DNA of 64,000 nucleotides from a bacterium (GTDB lineage: Bacteria > UBA8248): contig OZ241875.1 of the NCBI GenBank assembly GCA_965203325.1, positions 1,664,001 through 1,728,000 of the forward strand, given 5' to 3'. Below the pieces are notes generated by a model. It had not been told where the DNA came from. It worked only from the letters and a program-made list of their open reading frames with translations, and searched no databases. Positions 1 to 11,941 of the stretch are shown here, one piece after another. Within the stretch, counting starts at the first letter, position 1. Each line of letters starts with the position of its first letter. Made by a program: the position numbers and the translations under genes.

Positions 1-145
1 CCACAGCCGCCACCGCCAGGGGCAGGAACGGGTGGTGCGCGTTTTCCATGGTCATGGCGCCGTCATAGCCGGCCGCCTCAATCTCTCGCGCGGCGGGACC
101 CGCTTTTTTCAAGTCATCCATCGGCAGGGTGGTCATGATACGCAT
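1..145 (-). CDS. LLM-class (F420-dependent-type) oxidoreductase, 5' part only (runs off the window edge)
   Basis: Manual translation from ATG at 145: MRIMTTLPMDDLKKAGPAAREIEAAGYDGAMTMENAHHPFLPLAVAAV; the 'E..GYD....E..H.PF.PLA.AA' pattern is a luciferase-like monooxygenase N-terminus; AGGAG upstream. Confidence 0.8.
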   Translation of the reverse strand, partial: MRIMTTLPMDDLKKAGPAAREIEAAGYDGAMTMENAHHPFLPLAVAAV

Positions 146-284
146 CTCGGAACTCCTGTCTTGATAAAAGAAAACGCCGCCGGGCGGCGGGGCGGCGCCA
201 TGATACACGATCCATCCCGCGCACACATCGTGATATGATGGGGTATCGAACAACGCCAAGCGCGCATCGAATGGAGAAGACTCC

Positions 285-1034
285 ATGAGCCAGCCGTGCC
301 GTCTCGAATACCGCGGCTTTCACCAGCTCGAACTCGTGCGCCACGGGGGCGAGGAGATACGCATCGGCGGGCAGCCCCGCGTTCTGCAGGAACCTCCGCC
401 CAACGTGGCCTCGCGGCCTCCCGTCGATACGGTGCAGTACGTCTACGCGACGTGGGATGAAAAACGCGAGCGCGTGAAGCTGATCGCCTCGACCACTGGA
501 CATGAAACGCTGGACGGCGAGGAGGTGATGCGCGGCGAGCCGGCGGCGCTCCTCGTCGGCATGGGAAGGCCCTACGAGAACAGGCCCAGGCACTACCACT
601 GGGCGGACAGGCCCGAGCACAGGACGCTCATCCTGAGCCGGCACAACCGAAAGCGGATCGAATGGCGGCAGAGGCTGCACGCGGATGCGATGGTCGCACC
701 GGGCGGATGGCGCGAAATATCGCAAGACCTCTCCGTCTCTTTTCTCGTATGGGGAGAGGAGGAGGCGGGTCTGGAAATCGAGGGCCGCGTGCGGAGCGAG
801 GTGGCCGCCTCGCCGCTGCTCCTGGGCGTGGGGCTTGACGGCGCGCCGCCCGAATCGGCTGATGTGGAGATCGCACCCGGCTCAAGGCCGGCTCAGGCCT
901 TCAACCTCAAATACGAGAGAAGATTCTCCCGCGATGAGGAGGGTTTTCATACGCTTTTTCTTCACGGAAAAACCGAAGACGCCTCCTGGACTGCTCTTCA
1001 AGGCGCGACGCTGCGCTATTCCACTCTTGGCTAA
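285..1034 (+). CDS. hypothetical protein
   Basis: 249-aa ORF, GGAG upstream, host-like codon usage; stop overlaps the RBS of the next gene. Confidence 0.7.
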   Translation: MSQPCRLEYRGFHQLELVRHGGEEIRIGGQPRVLQEPPPNVASRPPVDTVQYVYATWDEKRERVKLIASTTGHETLDGEEVMRGEPAALLVGMGRPYENRPRHYHWADRPEHRTLILSRHNRKRIEWRQRLHADAMVAPGGWREISQDLSVSFLVWGEEEAGLEIEGRVRSEVAASPLLLGVGLDGAPPESADVEIAPGSRPAQAFNLKYERRFSRDEEGFHTLFLHGKTEDASWTALQGATLRYSTLG

Positions 1035-1045
1035 GGAGCAAGACG

Positions 1046-2182
1046 ATTAACGAATCCCATCAAGACCCCGAATTCCTGAACGACCTCGGAATCCGCCGCG
1101 TCATCAGCGCGCGCACCCGCCAGACCGTCTTCGGCGGCTCGAAAATGAGGCCGGAAGTCTGGACCGCCATGCAGGAGGCGAACGCCGCCCAGGTGGACAT
1201 GAACGAGTTGCACGCCAAGGCGGGCACGCGCATCGCCGGGATGACGCAGAACGAGGCGGCCTACGTCACGAGCGGCTCCGCCGCGGGCCTCGTGCTGTGC
1301 GCGGCCGCGTGCGTCACGGGCGGGAACCCGGCCCTCATGGACAGGCTCCCCTTCACCGACGGTCTCAAGAACGAAATCGTGATCCACCGCTTCCAGCGAA
1401 ACCACTACGACATCAACATCCGCCAGGCGGGGGCGCGGCTCGTGGAGATCGGCTCGCACCGCCAGACCCACCCCTGGGAGTTAGAGGAGGCCATCGGCGA
1501 GAAGACGGCGGGCGTCTTCTATTTCCCGGGCCGCTACGCGGGCGGAAACATCCTGAAGCTCAAGACCATCATCGAGATCGCGCACGGCAAGAACGTCCCT
1601 GTAATCGTGGACGCCGCGTCGCAGCTTCCGCCGTCCGCCAATCTCTGGCGCTACACCAAGGAGATGGGGGCCGACGCCGCCATCTTCAGCGGGGGAAAGA
1701 GCATCGGCGGGTCGCAGAACACGGGAATCATCCTGGGCAAAAAGGAGCTCATCGAGGCCTGCGCCATGATGGGAAGCCCCAGGTATTCGGTCGGCCGGCC
1801 CATGAAGGCGGGGCGCGACGACATCGTGGGCCTGGTCTGCGCACTCGAACATTACCTGGACGAGGGCGAGGCCGAACAGTACGCCCACAACGAGCGGTGG
1901 TGCGAGTTCTTCATGGAGCGCACAGCCGGGATGAAGGGACTCTCGCCCCGCGTGAGGCGCCCCAATTCCCTGGGACAGGATTTGCCCGAAGTCGTGATCG
2001 AAATTGATGAGGATGCGCTCGGGAAATCGCGAGATGAGGTCGCCGATGCGCTATGGGAGTGCGAAGTAAGAGTGCAGGTCGGCATATCGGGCGAGTCGGG
2101 AATCTTCATCTCCCCCGACCCGCTGACGGATGAAGACGCGGAATACCTGTGGGCGAGGTTTCAGGAGGTTGTGTCATCGTAG
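1046..2182 (+). CDS. SelA-like PLP-dependent enzyme (DgaE / D-glucosaminate-6-phosphate ammonia-lyase-like family)
   Basis: Motifs VTSGSAAGL, IVDAA, FSGGKSIGG, GRPMKAG; family-like N-terminus (LGIRRVISARTRQTVFGGSKM) lies upstream of the ORF-track ATG 1145, implying a start at ATT 1046. Confidence 0.8.
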   Translation: MNESHQDPEFLNDLGIRRVISARTRQTVFGGSKMRPEVWTAMQEANAAQVDMNELHAKAGTRIAGMTQNEAAYVTSGSAAGLVLCAAACVTGGNPALMDRLPFTDGLKNEIVIHRFQRNHYDINIRQAGARLVEIGSHRQTHPWELEEAIGEKTAGVFYFPGRYAGGNILKLKTIIEIAHGKNVPVIVDAASQLPPSANLWRYTKEMGADAAIFSGGKSIGGSQNTGIILGKKELIEACAMMGSPRYSVGRPMKAGRDDIVGLVCALEHYLDEGEAEQYAHNERWCEFFMERTAGMKGLSPRVRRPNSLGQDLPEVVIEIDEDALGKSRDEVADALWECEVRVQVGISGESGIFISPDPLTDEDAEYLWARFQEVVSS

Positions 2183-2701
2183 GGACAACCCCCCGTGGTT
2201 GTCCTTCGCCAGGACAGGCACAGGGGCCTGTCCCTACAAAACTATTACATCGTCATTCCGGCGAATGCCGGAACGACGGAAAAAGACAAAGAACATTCCT
2301 CTCATTCGGGGGCTGTTGAAAAAGCCATTCCACAAATAGGAAATAAATTTCTCATTCAACATAGGCCTATGAAATCAACTCCCCCCTTGAGGGTCTGGCT
2401 TCCCGAGGGGAAAGCCAGACGATGAAGCCGAGCGATTTGTGCGAAGGCTGAATCGGTGGGGGGATATGCTACAGAAAAAAACTCCCCCCACCGGTTCGGT
2501 TTCGGGCAAAAACCCCCTCACCTCACCGACTCCCCCTCAAGGGGGGAGTTGATTTGAAACTCTCTTTGATGGAAAGAGCGCCGTAGTTGAAGTACGCCGG
2601 GTTTTTCGACAACACCTTGAGGGGGAAGTGTTCTTATCACATCCGTAGGGACAACCCCCCGTGGTTGTCCTTCGCCAGGACAGGTCGCGACCTGTCCCTA
2701 C
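2179..2701. repeat. REP/MITE mosaic: GTAG-type REP doublets (2179-2237, 2645-2701), GTCATTCC-type partial (2251-2278), IS1182-like-ended element (2308-2616) containing a CCCCCCTTGAGGG-type MITE (2372-2555)
   Basis: Direct repeat gtagggacaacccccc...gtggttgtccttcgccaggacagg at both ends; terminal inverted repeats read directly. Confidence 0.8.
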
Positions 2702-2724
2702 GAGACCATCAAAGCCCCCCGTCC

Positions 2725-5433
<2,709 letters not shown>

Positions 5434-5669
5434 CTTTCACCTCTCTCGGACGGGAAATCCGCCTCCCGCAACATCCACCGGGAAAACGGCCCCCATCCCG
5501 TCAAGCGCTCCTTGCGTCCGAAACCGGCCAAAGAGGCGACTTCAGATAAAAAGCTATAACCGATTGAATCATATTGTGTTAAAGAAATACCGACTTTCAA
5601 CTAAAGAGATAATACCACAGATGGGCGCAAAGAACGAGGGTGAGCCAAAACCCGCGCCCGGAAGCGTTC

Positions 5670-6095
5670 TCAGGCTTCTTTGACGACCATGTAGGTGGCC
5701 GAAGCGAAGCAGACGAGCTTTTCGGCATCGTCGAGAAGACGGATCTCCCAAACGGAAGTCTTGTGCCCCAGATGCAGGGCCTTCGCCTCGCCGATGAGGG
5801 TTCCTTCCTTCACGGGACGGACGAAATTCACCTTCATCTCCACCGTCACCACCTCGGTCCCGACCGGGTAGCTCACGTAGCTGCCCACGCCGCCGACGGT
5901 GTCGGCGAGTGAGGCCAGCGCGCCGCCGTGGACGATCCCGAAAGGCTGATACAGCTTCGGCGCCACGGGCATCGCCACGCGGGCGAAACCCTCTTCGGCT
6001 TCCAGGACTTCAAAACCCAGAAGGTCGTTGAAGTTCCCCTGCCAGCGGGCCTGGAACACCCGCTCGACTTCTTCCCTCGTCCATGAGCGGCTCAT
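5670..6095 (-). CDS. PaaI-family hotdog thioesterase
   Basis: QPFGIVHGGALASLADT, VTVEMKVNFVRP; start taken at ATG 6095 downstream of GAAAGGA. Confidence 0.9.
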   Translation of the reverse strand: MSRSWTREEVERVFQARWQGNFNDLLGFEVLEAEEGFARVAMPVAPKLYQPFGIVHGGALASLADTVGGVGSYVSYPVGTEVVTVEMKVNFVRPVKEGTLIGEAKALHLGHKTSVWEIRLLDDAEKLVCFASATYMVVKEA

Positions 6096-6161
6096 TTTCA
6101 TCCTTTCGAACGCACATCCCCGCGTGAAAGTCATGCGCGTGAGAGGCGGTGCGGTTTTGTT

Positions 6162-6290
6162 CGTCATTCCGGCGCATGCCGGAATCCAGGGAATTTGTCT
6201 TTCTGCCTTTCGCCTTCATTCACGCTCAAACCAAGACCGGGATATATCCACACCAATCGGCTCTGGATTCCGGCATGCGCCGGAATGACG
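6162..6290. repeat. GTCATTCCGG-type REP doublet (REPIN-like)
   Basis: cgtcattccggcgcatgccggaatcca ... tggattccggcatgcgccggaatgacg inverted ends. Confidence 0.85.
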
Positions 6291-6408
6291 GCAGTGGTAA
6301 ATTCCGAGCGAGGAGGAATTATTCAACAACCCCTTCGGCTCGATCCCCAACGTCATATATTTGGGCCATACCCATGAAAACAGACGAAACGATGCTCCCG
6401 AAGGCCGA

Positions 6409-6723
6409 CTAGCCGAAGATCTGCGTCGGGACGCGGCCCCACTCGGCGGGGTCGGTGAGGATGTCGTCGCCCTCGCCCTCGTAGGAGAAGAACAGGAGTT
6501 CGGTCTCGGTCTTCCTGCCCTTCTTTTCCAGGCGGCGCACCGTGATTGTCGGCACGTGGACGCCGAGTTCGAAGTTTTTCGCGTGGCTCACCGAGACGCT
6601 CGCCCCGAACTTGGCGGCGCAGCCTTCGAGTTGTTCCCGCGTCGTCTTCACCCGTCCGTCCGCGAGGATTTCCCCGCCGAAATTCTCCGTGAGGTCGACC
6701 ACAAAAATTTCTGGCTCCAGCAT
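6409..6723 (-). CDS. hypothetical protein
   Basis: 104-aa ORF with GGGAGA RBS and strong GC3 bias. Confidence 0.7.
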   Translation of the reverse strand: MLEPEIFVVDLTENFGGEILADGRVKTTREQLEGCAAKFGASVSVSHAKNFELGVHVPTITVRRLEKKGRKTETELLFFSYEGEGDDILTDPAEWGRVPTQIFG

Positions 6724-6961
6724 GATGGCGCATTCTCCCTTGAAACGTGATGAAAGGAATCCCCTGTCAGGGGCCTGCGAAAGCGCGGAGTCTAGCAGAA
6801 AGGGGACGGGGTGAGAAAGGGGGCGGGGGTTCGCCCGATGAAAAAATCCGTTATATCGCTATCCGGGAATGAAACGTTCGGGTCGTTTCACCCGCAACCG
6901 CTTGGTTTCTCCGCATCCGCAAGGACAGGTCGCGACCTGTCCCTACCAAAAGCTCAGATTC

Positions 6962-7180
6962 TCACTCGCCGCCTGTCCTCGAACCTTTGGGAACCGCCTT
7001 GCCGGCGTAGATGAGCCGCCTCCCGTCCGCAATAGGCCGGTACTCGGCCATCGCGCCCTCATAGTAGAGCGCGTAGATTCCCGCTCCCTGGACTCCCGCG
7101 AGACCGTCTAATGGTATTCGCTCTTGTGTTTCAAAGTGCGCGACGGTACCTGCCATGAGATTGTCGTAGGTAAGCGGGTC
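6962..7180 (-). pseudogene. Eco29kI-like GIY-YIG restriction endonuclease fragment
   Basis: DPLTYDNLMAG...GAGIYALYYEG...IYAGKAVPKGSRTG resembles the Eco29kI-family N-terminal half; stops after ~70 codons next to a REP. Confidence 0.75.
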
Positions 7181-7193
7181 GCATCTAACCCCC

Positions 7194-7964
7194 CTACCAG
7201 TCCCAGAACAGCGTATACGCCCTGCCGGTGACGGGCCCGGTTTCGCGCCATTCCAGGCGGGTCTGGCCGGTTTCGTTCAAGAGGCGGGGATAGACGCGGC
7301 GCTTGTTGAAGCTGTTCGACGCCCCCTGGGACTCCTCGCGCCGCGCGCCCACCAGCTTGCGGCCGGGGGGGATGAGCACCTCCAGGTGAAATTCATCGGT
7401 GGGGTATTCCACCACGAGAGTGACCCACTCGTTTCGCGTCGTGAACGAATCGTGCAGAACGATCTCGTGGCGAAGCTCGAAGCGCGCGCCCGCGCGAATC
7501 GGCTCGGGCAGGGGCAAATGCGCGGAATAATCCGCACCCGCGCCCTTTTCTATCCGGTATTCCAGGGGCGTCCAGGGGACTTCGGCGGCGCCATTTCCGG
7601 CAAGACGGTAGGAATAGGCCACCTCCCTGTCGCCGCTGCCGGTGTGATAGCGCGTCCTCACCCGGGGCAACTCCCGCCGGGCCACGCAGCGCCGCACGCT
7701 CTCCATGCGCGCGGTGCGGCCTTCGACGTCTCCTATCGTATACAAGCGGGAGTGGAGGAGGACATGGTAGTCGTACTCGTCCTCCTCGCCGCTACCCGCC
7801 GCGGAAGCGGATTCTGCGGAGCGGATTCGTTCTTCCAGACGCCGGACGCGCGCTTCGAGCGCATCCAGTTTATCCGAGAGTTCTTCCTGGCTCTTGAGAA
7901 TCGAAGAGATGCCGCTGGAGAGCTCTTTGAGGAGGTCTGCCGTTTCCGGACTTTCATCCGCCAT
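7194..7964 (-). CDS. hypothetical protein, N-terminal coiled coil plus beta-rich C-terminal domain
   Basis: Heptad-like LSDKLDALEARVRRLEERI followed by a beta-strand-rich region ending YTLFWDW; start uncertain (7964-8000). Confidence 0.7.
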   Translation of the reverse strand: MADESPETADLLKELSSGISSILKSQEELSDKLDALEARVRRLEERIRSAESASAAGSGEEDEYDYHVLLHSRLYTIGDVEGRTARMESVRRCVARRELPRVRTRYHTGSGDREVAYSYRLAGNGAAEVPWTPLEYRIEKGAGADYSAHLPLPEPIRAGARFELRHEIVLHDSFTTRNEWVTLVVEYPTDEFHLEVLIPPGRKLVGARREESQGASNSFNKRRVYPRLLNETGQTRLEWRETGPVTGRAYTLFWDW

Positions 7965-8179
7965 ATCGGTGCATCCATCGTGCTGCATTGTGTCGCGCAT
8001 TAACCCGCATTTGCCGTGTATGTGTCTCCCTAGGGGAGAGGTATACCAACATACCGGGCGCACGGGCAAGGGGCGCTTCCCGCACCTCGTTCTCCCGAAA
8101 AACAATTCTGAAAAATAAGATAAATACCGGCAAATTCAGGAGGTTTTCCGATAAATTCCTGAAAGCTCAAGCCATTGTT

Positions 8180-9334
8180 TTATATGGAGTTGAATTGTTT
8201 CAAGGCGCTTTGGCCAGACAAGCGGCGCGCGTCGGCCAACTGTCCGCACGCCGCGAGAATGTCGCTCCCCTTGGCCGTGCGCGTGGTGGCCACCACGCCC
8301 GCCGCCAGGAGGATGCGGCGGAATTCATCGACGCGCCCCTCATCGGGCCGCTCGAAGGGAGTTCCCGGGAACGGATTCCAGGGGATGAGATTCACCTTGC
8401 ATTTCAGCCCCTCCAGGAGTTTTGAGAGCTTCTTCGCGTCCTGCCCAGAGTCATTCACCTCCCGGAGCATGACGTATTCAAAGGTGATGCGGCGGCGCTC
8501 GCCCATCGGCAACTCCCGGCATTCATCGAGCAGCGCCCCCAGATTCCACTTGCGGTTCACCGGCACGAGTTTCGCTCTGGTTTCATCGTCCGCCGCATGC
8601 AGCGATACGGCCAGACCCACGCCCGGAACGGCGGAGACGAAACGTTTCAGCTTCGAGACGACCCCCACCGTCGATACGGTAAGCCTCCTGGGGCTGACGC
8701 CGTTCGCCTGCGGGTGCGTGAGAATCTTCACGGCCTTTACGGTGGCGTCGAAATTATCGAGCGGCTCCCCCATTCCCATGAACACGACGTTGTGCAAACG
8801 CTCCCCCGGGGCGAGGAGGCTTCGCGCGGCGAGGAACTGACCGACGATCTCACCGGCCGTCAACTGCCTGACGAAACCCATCTTCGCCGTCAGACAAAAT
8901 GCGCACCCCATCGCGCATCCGACCTGCGTGGAGACGCAAAGAGACCACCGCATGACGCCGTTTACGTTTCGCATGGGTATCCGGACGCTCTCGACCCGCG
9001 CGCCGTCACGAAGCCGCCACAAGTATTTTTCCGTGCCGTCCGCGCTTTTGCTCTCCCGGTCGAGTTCGAGAGTCTCCAGGCGAGCCGCTTCCGCAAGCTT
9101 CGCCCGAAAACCCTTGGGGATGTTCGTCATCTGGGAAAATTCGCTCACCCCGTGAGCATACAGCCATGAGAATATCTGCCGGCCCCTGTAGGGGGGTTCC
9201 CCCATCTCCCCGCAAAAAGAAACGAGCTCCTCCTCATCCATGCCGAGGAGCCCGACAGGCCGAGAGGACAGCGACCGCTCCAGCCGGCCGGTTGCGATTT
9301 TTGATTTCACGTCCTGTTCCATAGATGGACTCAT
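8180..9334 (-). CDS. rlmN: 23S rRNA m2A2503 radical-SAM methyltransferase
   Basis: CVSTQVGCAMGCAFC, NVVFMGMGEPL, VNLIPWNP, DILAACGQL. Confidence 0.97.
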   Translation of the reverse strand: MSPSMEQDVKSKIATGRLERSLSSRPVGLLGMDEEELVSFCGEMGEPPYRGRQIFSWLYAHGVSEFSQMTNIPKGFRAKLAEAARLETLELDRESKSADGTEKYLWRLRDGARVESVRIPMRNVNGVMRWSLCVSTQVGCAMGCAFCLTAKMGFVRQLTAGEIVGQFLAARSLLAPGERLHNVVFMGMGEPLDNFDATVKAVKILTHPQANGVSPRRLTVSTVGVVSKLKRFVSAVPGVGLAVSLHAADDETRAKLVPVNRKWNLGALLDECRELPMGERRRITFEYVMLREVNDSGQDAKKLSKLLEGLKCKVNLIPWNPFPGTPFERPDEGRVDEFRRILLAAGVVATTRTAKGSDILAACGQLADARRLSGQSALKQFNSI

Positions 9335-9410
9335 GGTGTTATCGTTTGCCGATTTCGTTTCCGGCTTGAATCATAACATGGTTGTCCATAACCGGATGGA
9401 AAGCACTCAT

Positions 9411-10046
9411 ATGAGCATACGCGCGCTTCTTTTAGACCACGACGGCACGCTTGTCGACAGCTACGACGGCATCGCCAAGTGCATGCGCCTCATGTGCCGT
9501 GATCTGGGCGTGCCCGAAATGAGCGATGCGGAAATTCTCGCATCCATCGGCCCTACACTCGAGGATAGATTCACCCAACTATGGGGCGAAGACATGGCTG
9601 AAGAAGCGGTGCGCATCTACCGCTCCCATTACAAGCTCCATAATGCCGCAGGCACCCATATCATTCCCGGCGTGAAAAAAACACTCGAAACCCTCTCCCG
9701 ACGAGGTATTCAGATGGCCTGCGTTTCGAACAAGGCCTGGTTCTTCTGCAAGGAGCAATTGGCACACGTCGGGCTCTTGCCCTACATGCACGCGGTATTC
9801 GGTCACCGTCAGGGATATGCGCCGAAACCGGCCCCGGAAATGCTGTTCGCCGCCATCGAATCGCTTAACGCGAAACCGGAAGAAGTCGTCATGGTCGGGG
9901 ATACGACGACGGACTTGCAAGCCGCCAGAAACGCATCGATCCCTGCATGGATCATCAAGGGGAAATACTCCCGGCATGATGAGATACTAAAATTAAACCC
10001 GGATAAGTATCTGGAAAAACTGGAGGACATTCTCGACTTGATATAA
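9411..10046 (+). CDS. HAD-family hydrolase (phosphoglycolate phosphatase-like)
   Basis: LLDHDGTLVDS, VSNK, KPAP, MVGDTTTD. Confidence 0.9.
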   Translation: MSIRALLLDHDGTLVDSYDGIAKCMRLMCRDLGVPEMSDAEILASIGPTLEDRFTQLWGEDMAEEAVRIYRSHYKLHNAAGTHIIPGVKKTLETLSRRGIQMACVSNKAWFFCKEQLAHVGLLPYMHAVFGHRQGYAPKPAPEMLFAAIESLNAKPEEVVMVGDTTTDLQAARNASIPAWIIKGKYSRHDEILKLNPDKYLEKLEDILDLI

Positions 10047-10247
10047 TTCACCAATTGCCGCTTGCGCACTCGGTGATGGTTTTCTATCTTTTGTTCAGGG
10101 GATAGCGGCGTACGATGGCGCAACCCAAGTCCGCCCAACTATCGCGATTTCACGCAAGAGTCTGTTCTTGCTCTCTCATCTCGCGGTTTTGTTTGAGTTT
10201 GAATGGAAAGACGCTCCGCCCGAGCCAGTTCCAATACTTTCCCCGGA

Positions 10248-11024
10248 ATGAATCTCATGAACCTCATCATCAGCGTCCTGATCGCCATTTACATTTTATT
10301 CCTGATACTCGAACTCAAAGATTTGCGCCTCGGGCAAAGTAAATACATGTGGGCGCTTTCGAGACTCCCGCTGGCCGGAATCGCTCTTGCCGCCGTATGG
10401 ATGCTCCATGCGCAGCCGCTTCCCTCCATAACGAAATTGATGCAGTTAAAGAAAATTTCATTCCTCACCCCAAAAATTCATCCCGATGAACAAATGAAGG
10501 CGACGAGGAGTGGAAATTTCACGACAGGAAAACCCGGGATTTTTTGGCACATTCATCATTACGCCAGACTCTATGAGGTCGACCCCCTGTTGGTGCGAGC
10601 CGTCATCGAAGTGGAAAGCAACTTCGATCCAAAGGCCGTTTCTCGAGACGGGGCCAAAGGGCTGATGCAAATCAACCCGATTACCGCCAAACATTTGGGC
10701 CTCGACGATGTTTTCGACATCGGGGAAAACATCGAGGGCGGCGTGCGTTATCTGCGATATTTACTTGAGCTATACGGCTGGAATTTACATATGACGCTGG
10801 CCTCATACAATGCGGGGCCCGCCAACATCAAGCGCTATAACGGGATTCCTCCCTTCCGAGAGACGCGCCGGTATATCTCAAGGGTCATCAAAGTATATGA
10901 GCGCCTCAAAAGAACGGATGAAGTCTTCAACGACTCCTCCCGGCTTTCGGCTTTGCTCCGTCCCTCGCCCGACACCGGGGCAAAAACGGATAGGGAGATT
11001 CAGCGGCAAATCACGCAACAGTGA
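10248..11024 (+). CDS. membrane-anchored lytic transglycosylase (SLT domain)
   Basis: AVIEVESNFDPKAVSRDGAKGLMQI, LASYNAGP, PPFRETRRY; N-terminal hydrophobic segments. Confidence 0.9.
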   Translation: MNLMNLIISVLIAIYILFLILELKDLRLGQSKYMWALSRLPLAGIALAAVWMLHAQPLPSITKLMQLKKISFLTPKIHPDEQMKATRSGNFTTGKPGIFWHIHHYARLYEVDPLLVRAVIEVESNFDPKAVSRDGAKGLMQINPITAKHLGLDDVFDIGENIEGGVRYLRYLLELYGWNLHMTLASYNAGPANIKRYNGIPPFRETRRYISRVIKVYERLKRTDEVFNDSSRLSALLRPSPDTGAKTDREIQRQITQQ

Positions 11025-11200
11025 GCTTGAACACGAAAGGATTTGCTTCCATTCAGGAAAGTGCAGGGTTTTCTCATCTTATGGCAATGATGCGTCATTC
11101 TGGAATCACATTGCCAAACCATACGCGGGTTCTATATTTTACAATTCAAAGAAGCCACCCGGCCCCGATATATCAATAGCGCATCGCACCAGGACATAGA

Positions 11201-11941
11201 ATGCCGACCAGAGTCGCCTCATCAACCACCCGAAAACGAAAAATCCTGAAACTCACGGATAGGCTATTGTCGCGCTTCGGGAAGCCAAAGCGCACAAAGC
11301 GAAGCAACCTCCTGGATTCCCTGGTCGAAACCCTGCTCTCACAAAGCACGACCGATCATAACCGCGACATGGCGTTTGATTCCTTGAAAAAAACCTTTGC
11401 CAGTTGGGATGAAATCGCCGACGCCCCTCAAGAATCTCTCGCCCAGGCAATCCGTTCGGCCGGTCTGGGCAATCAAAAAGCGGGGAGAATACGGGATTTT
11501 CTGAGATGGCTTCGTGAGGACCGAGAGCAACTCTGCCTGGAATTCCTACACCATGAACCGGATGATTTCGCCGTGCGGTATCTTACGCAACACAAAGGCA
11601 TCGGCGTCAAAACCGCTTATGTCACCCTGATGCTGGCTTCAAACCGGGATTTGTTCCCCATCGACGTTCACATTCACCGGATCATGATCCGCCTGGGCAT
11701 CATCTCCGAGAAAACCACGCCTGAAAAATCTCACGCGGTCCTGGCGCCACTCATTCCAACAGGCCGCGCTCATGAATTGCACATGAACATGCTGCGTTTT
11801 GGCCGCACCATCTGCACCGCCCGCAATCCCAAGTGCACCGACTGCGACATGAGACGAATGTGCCCCTACTATAAAGACAAGATTCCGGGAAAATCCAAAG
11901 GCGGAGATGTTCATCTTTCGCAAAAGCAAATCAGCCCATGA
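11201..11941 (+). CDS. nth: endonuclease III-family HhH-GPD glycosylase
   Basis: LLSQSTTD, GIGVKTA, PIDVHIHR, C-terminal CTARNPKCTDC...C Fe-S motif. Confidence 0.85.
   Translation: MPTRVASSTTRKRKILKLTDRLLSRFGKPKRTKRSNLLDSLVETLLSQSTTDHNRDMAFDSLKKTFASWDEIADAPQESLAQAIRSAGLGNQKAGRIRDFLRWLREDREQLCLEFLHHEPDDFAVRYLTQHKGIGVKTAYVTLMLASNRDLFPIDVHIHRIMIRLGIISEKTTPEKSHAVLAPLIPTGRAHELHMNMLRFGRTICTARNPKCTDCDMRRMCPYYKDKIPGKSKGGDVHLSQKQISP

Noticed and set aside
1046..2182. Calling this gene selA because selD is in the window
   Set aside because: Its length and motifs fit the shorter SelA-like/DgaE family, and no selB is adjacent
6319..6408. 29 open codons after the TAG of the 104-aa ORF (possible readthrough or pyrrolysine)
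   Set aside because: Short, no recognisable motif and no pyl context; likely chance or a remnant
11082..11117. TGGCAATG...CATTGCCA inverted repeat as a sigma54 promoter
   Set aside because: The -12 TTGC element is not matched at the required spacing; significance unclear
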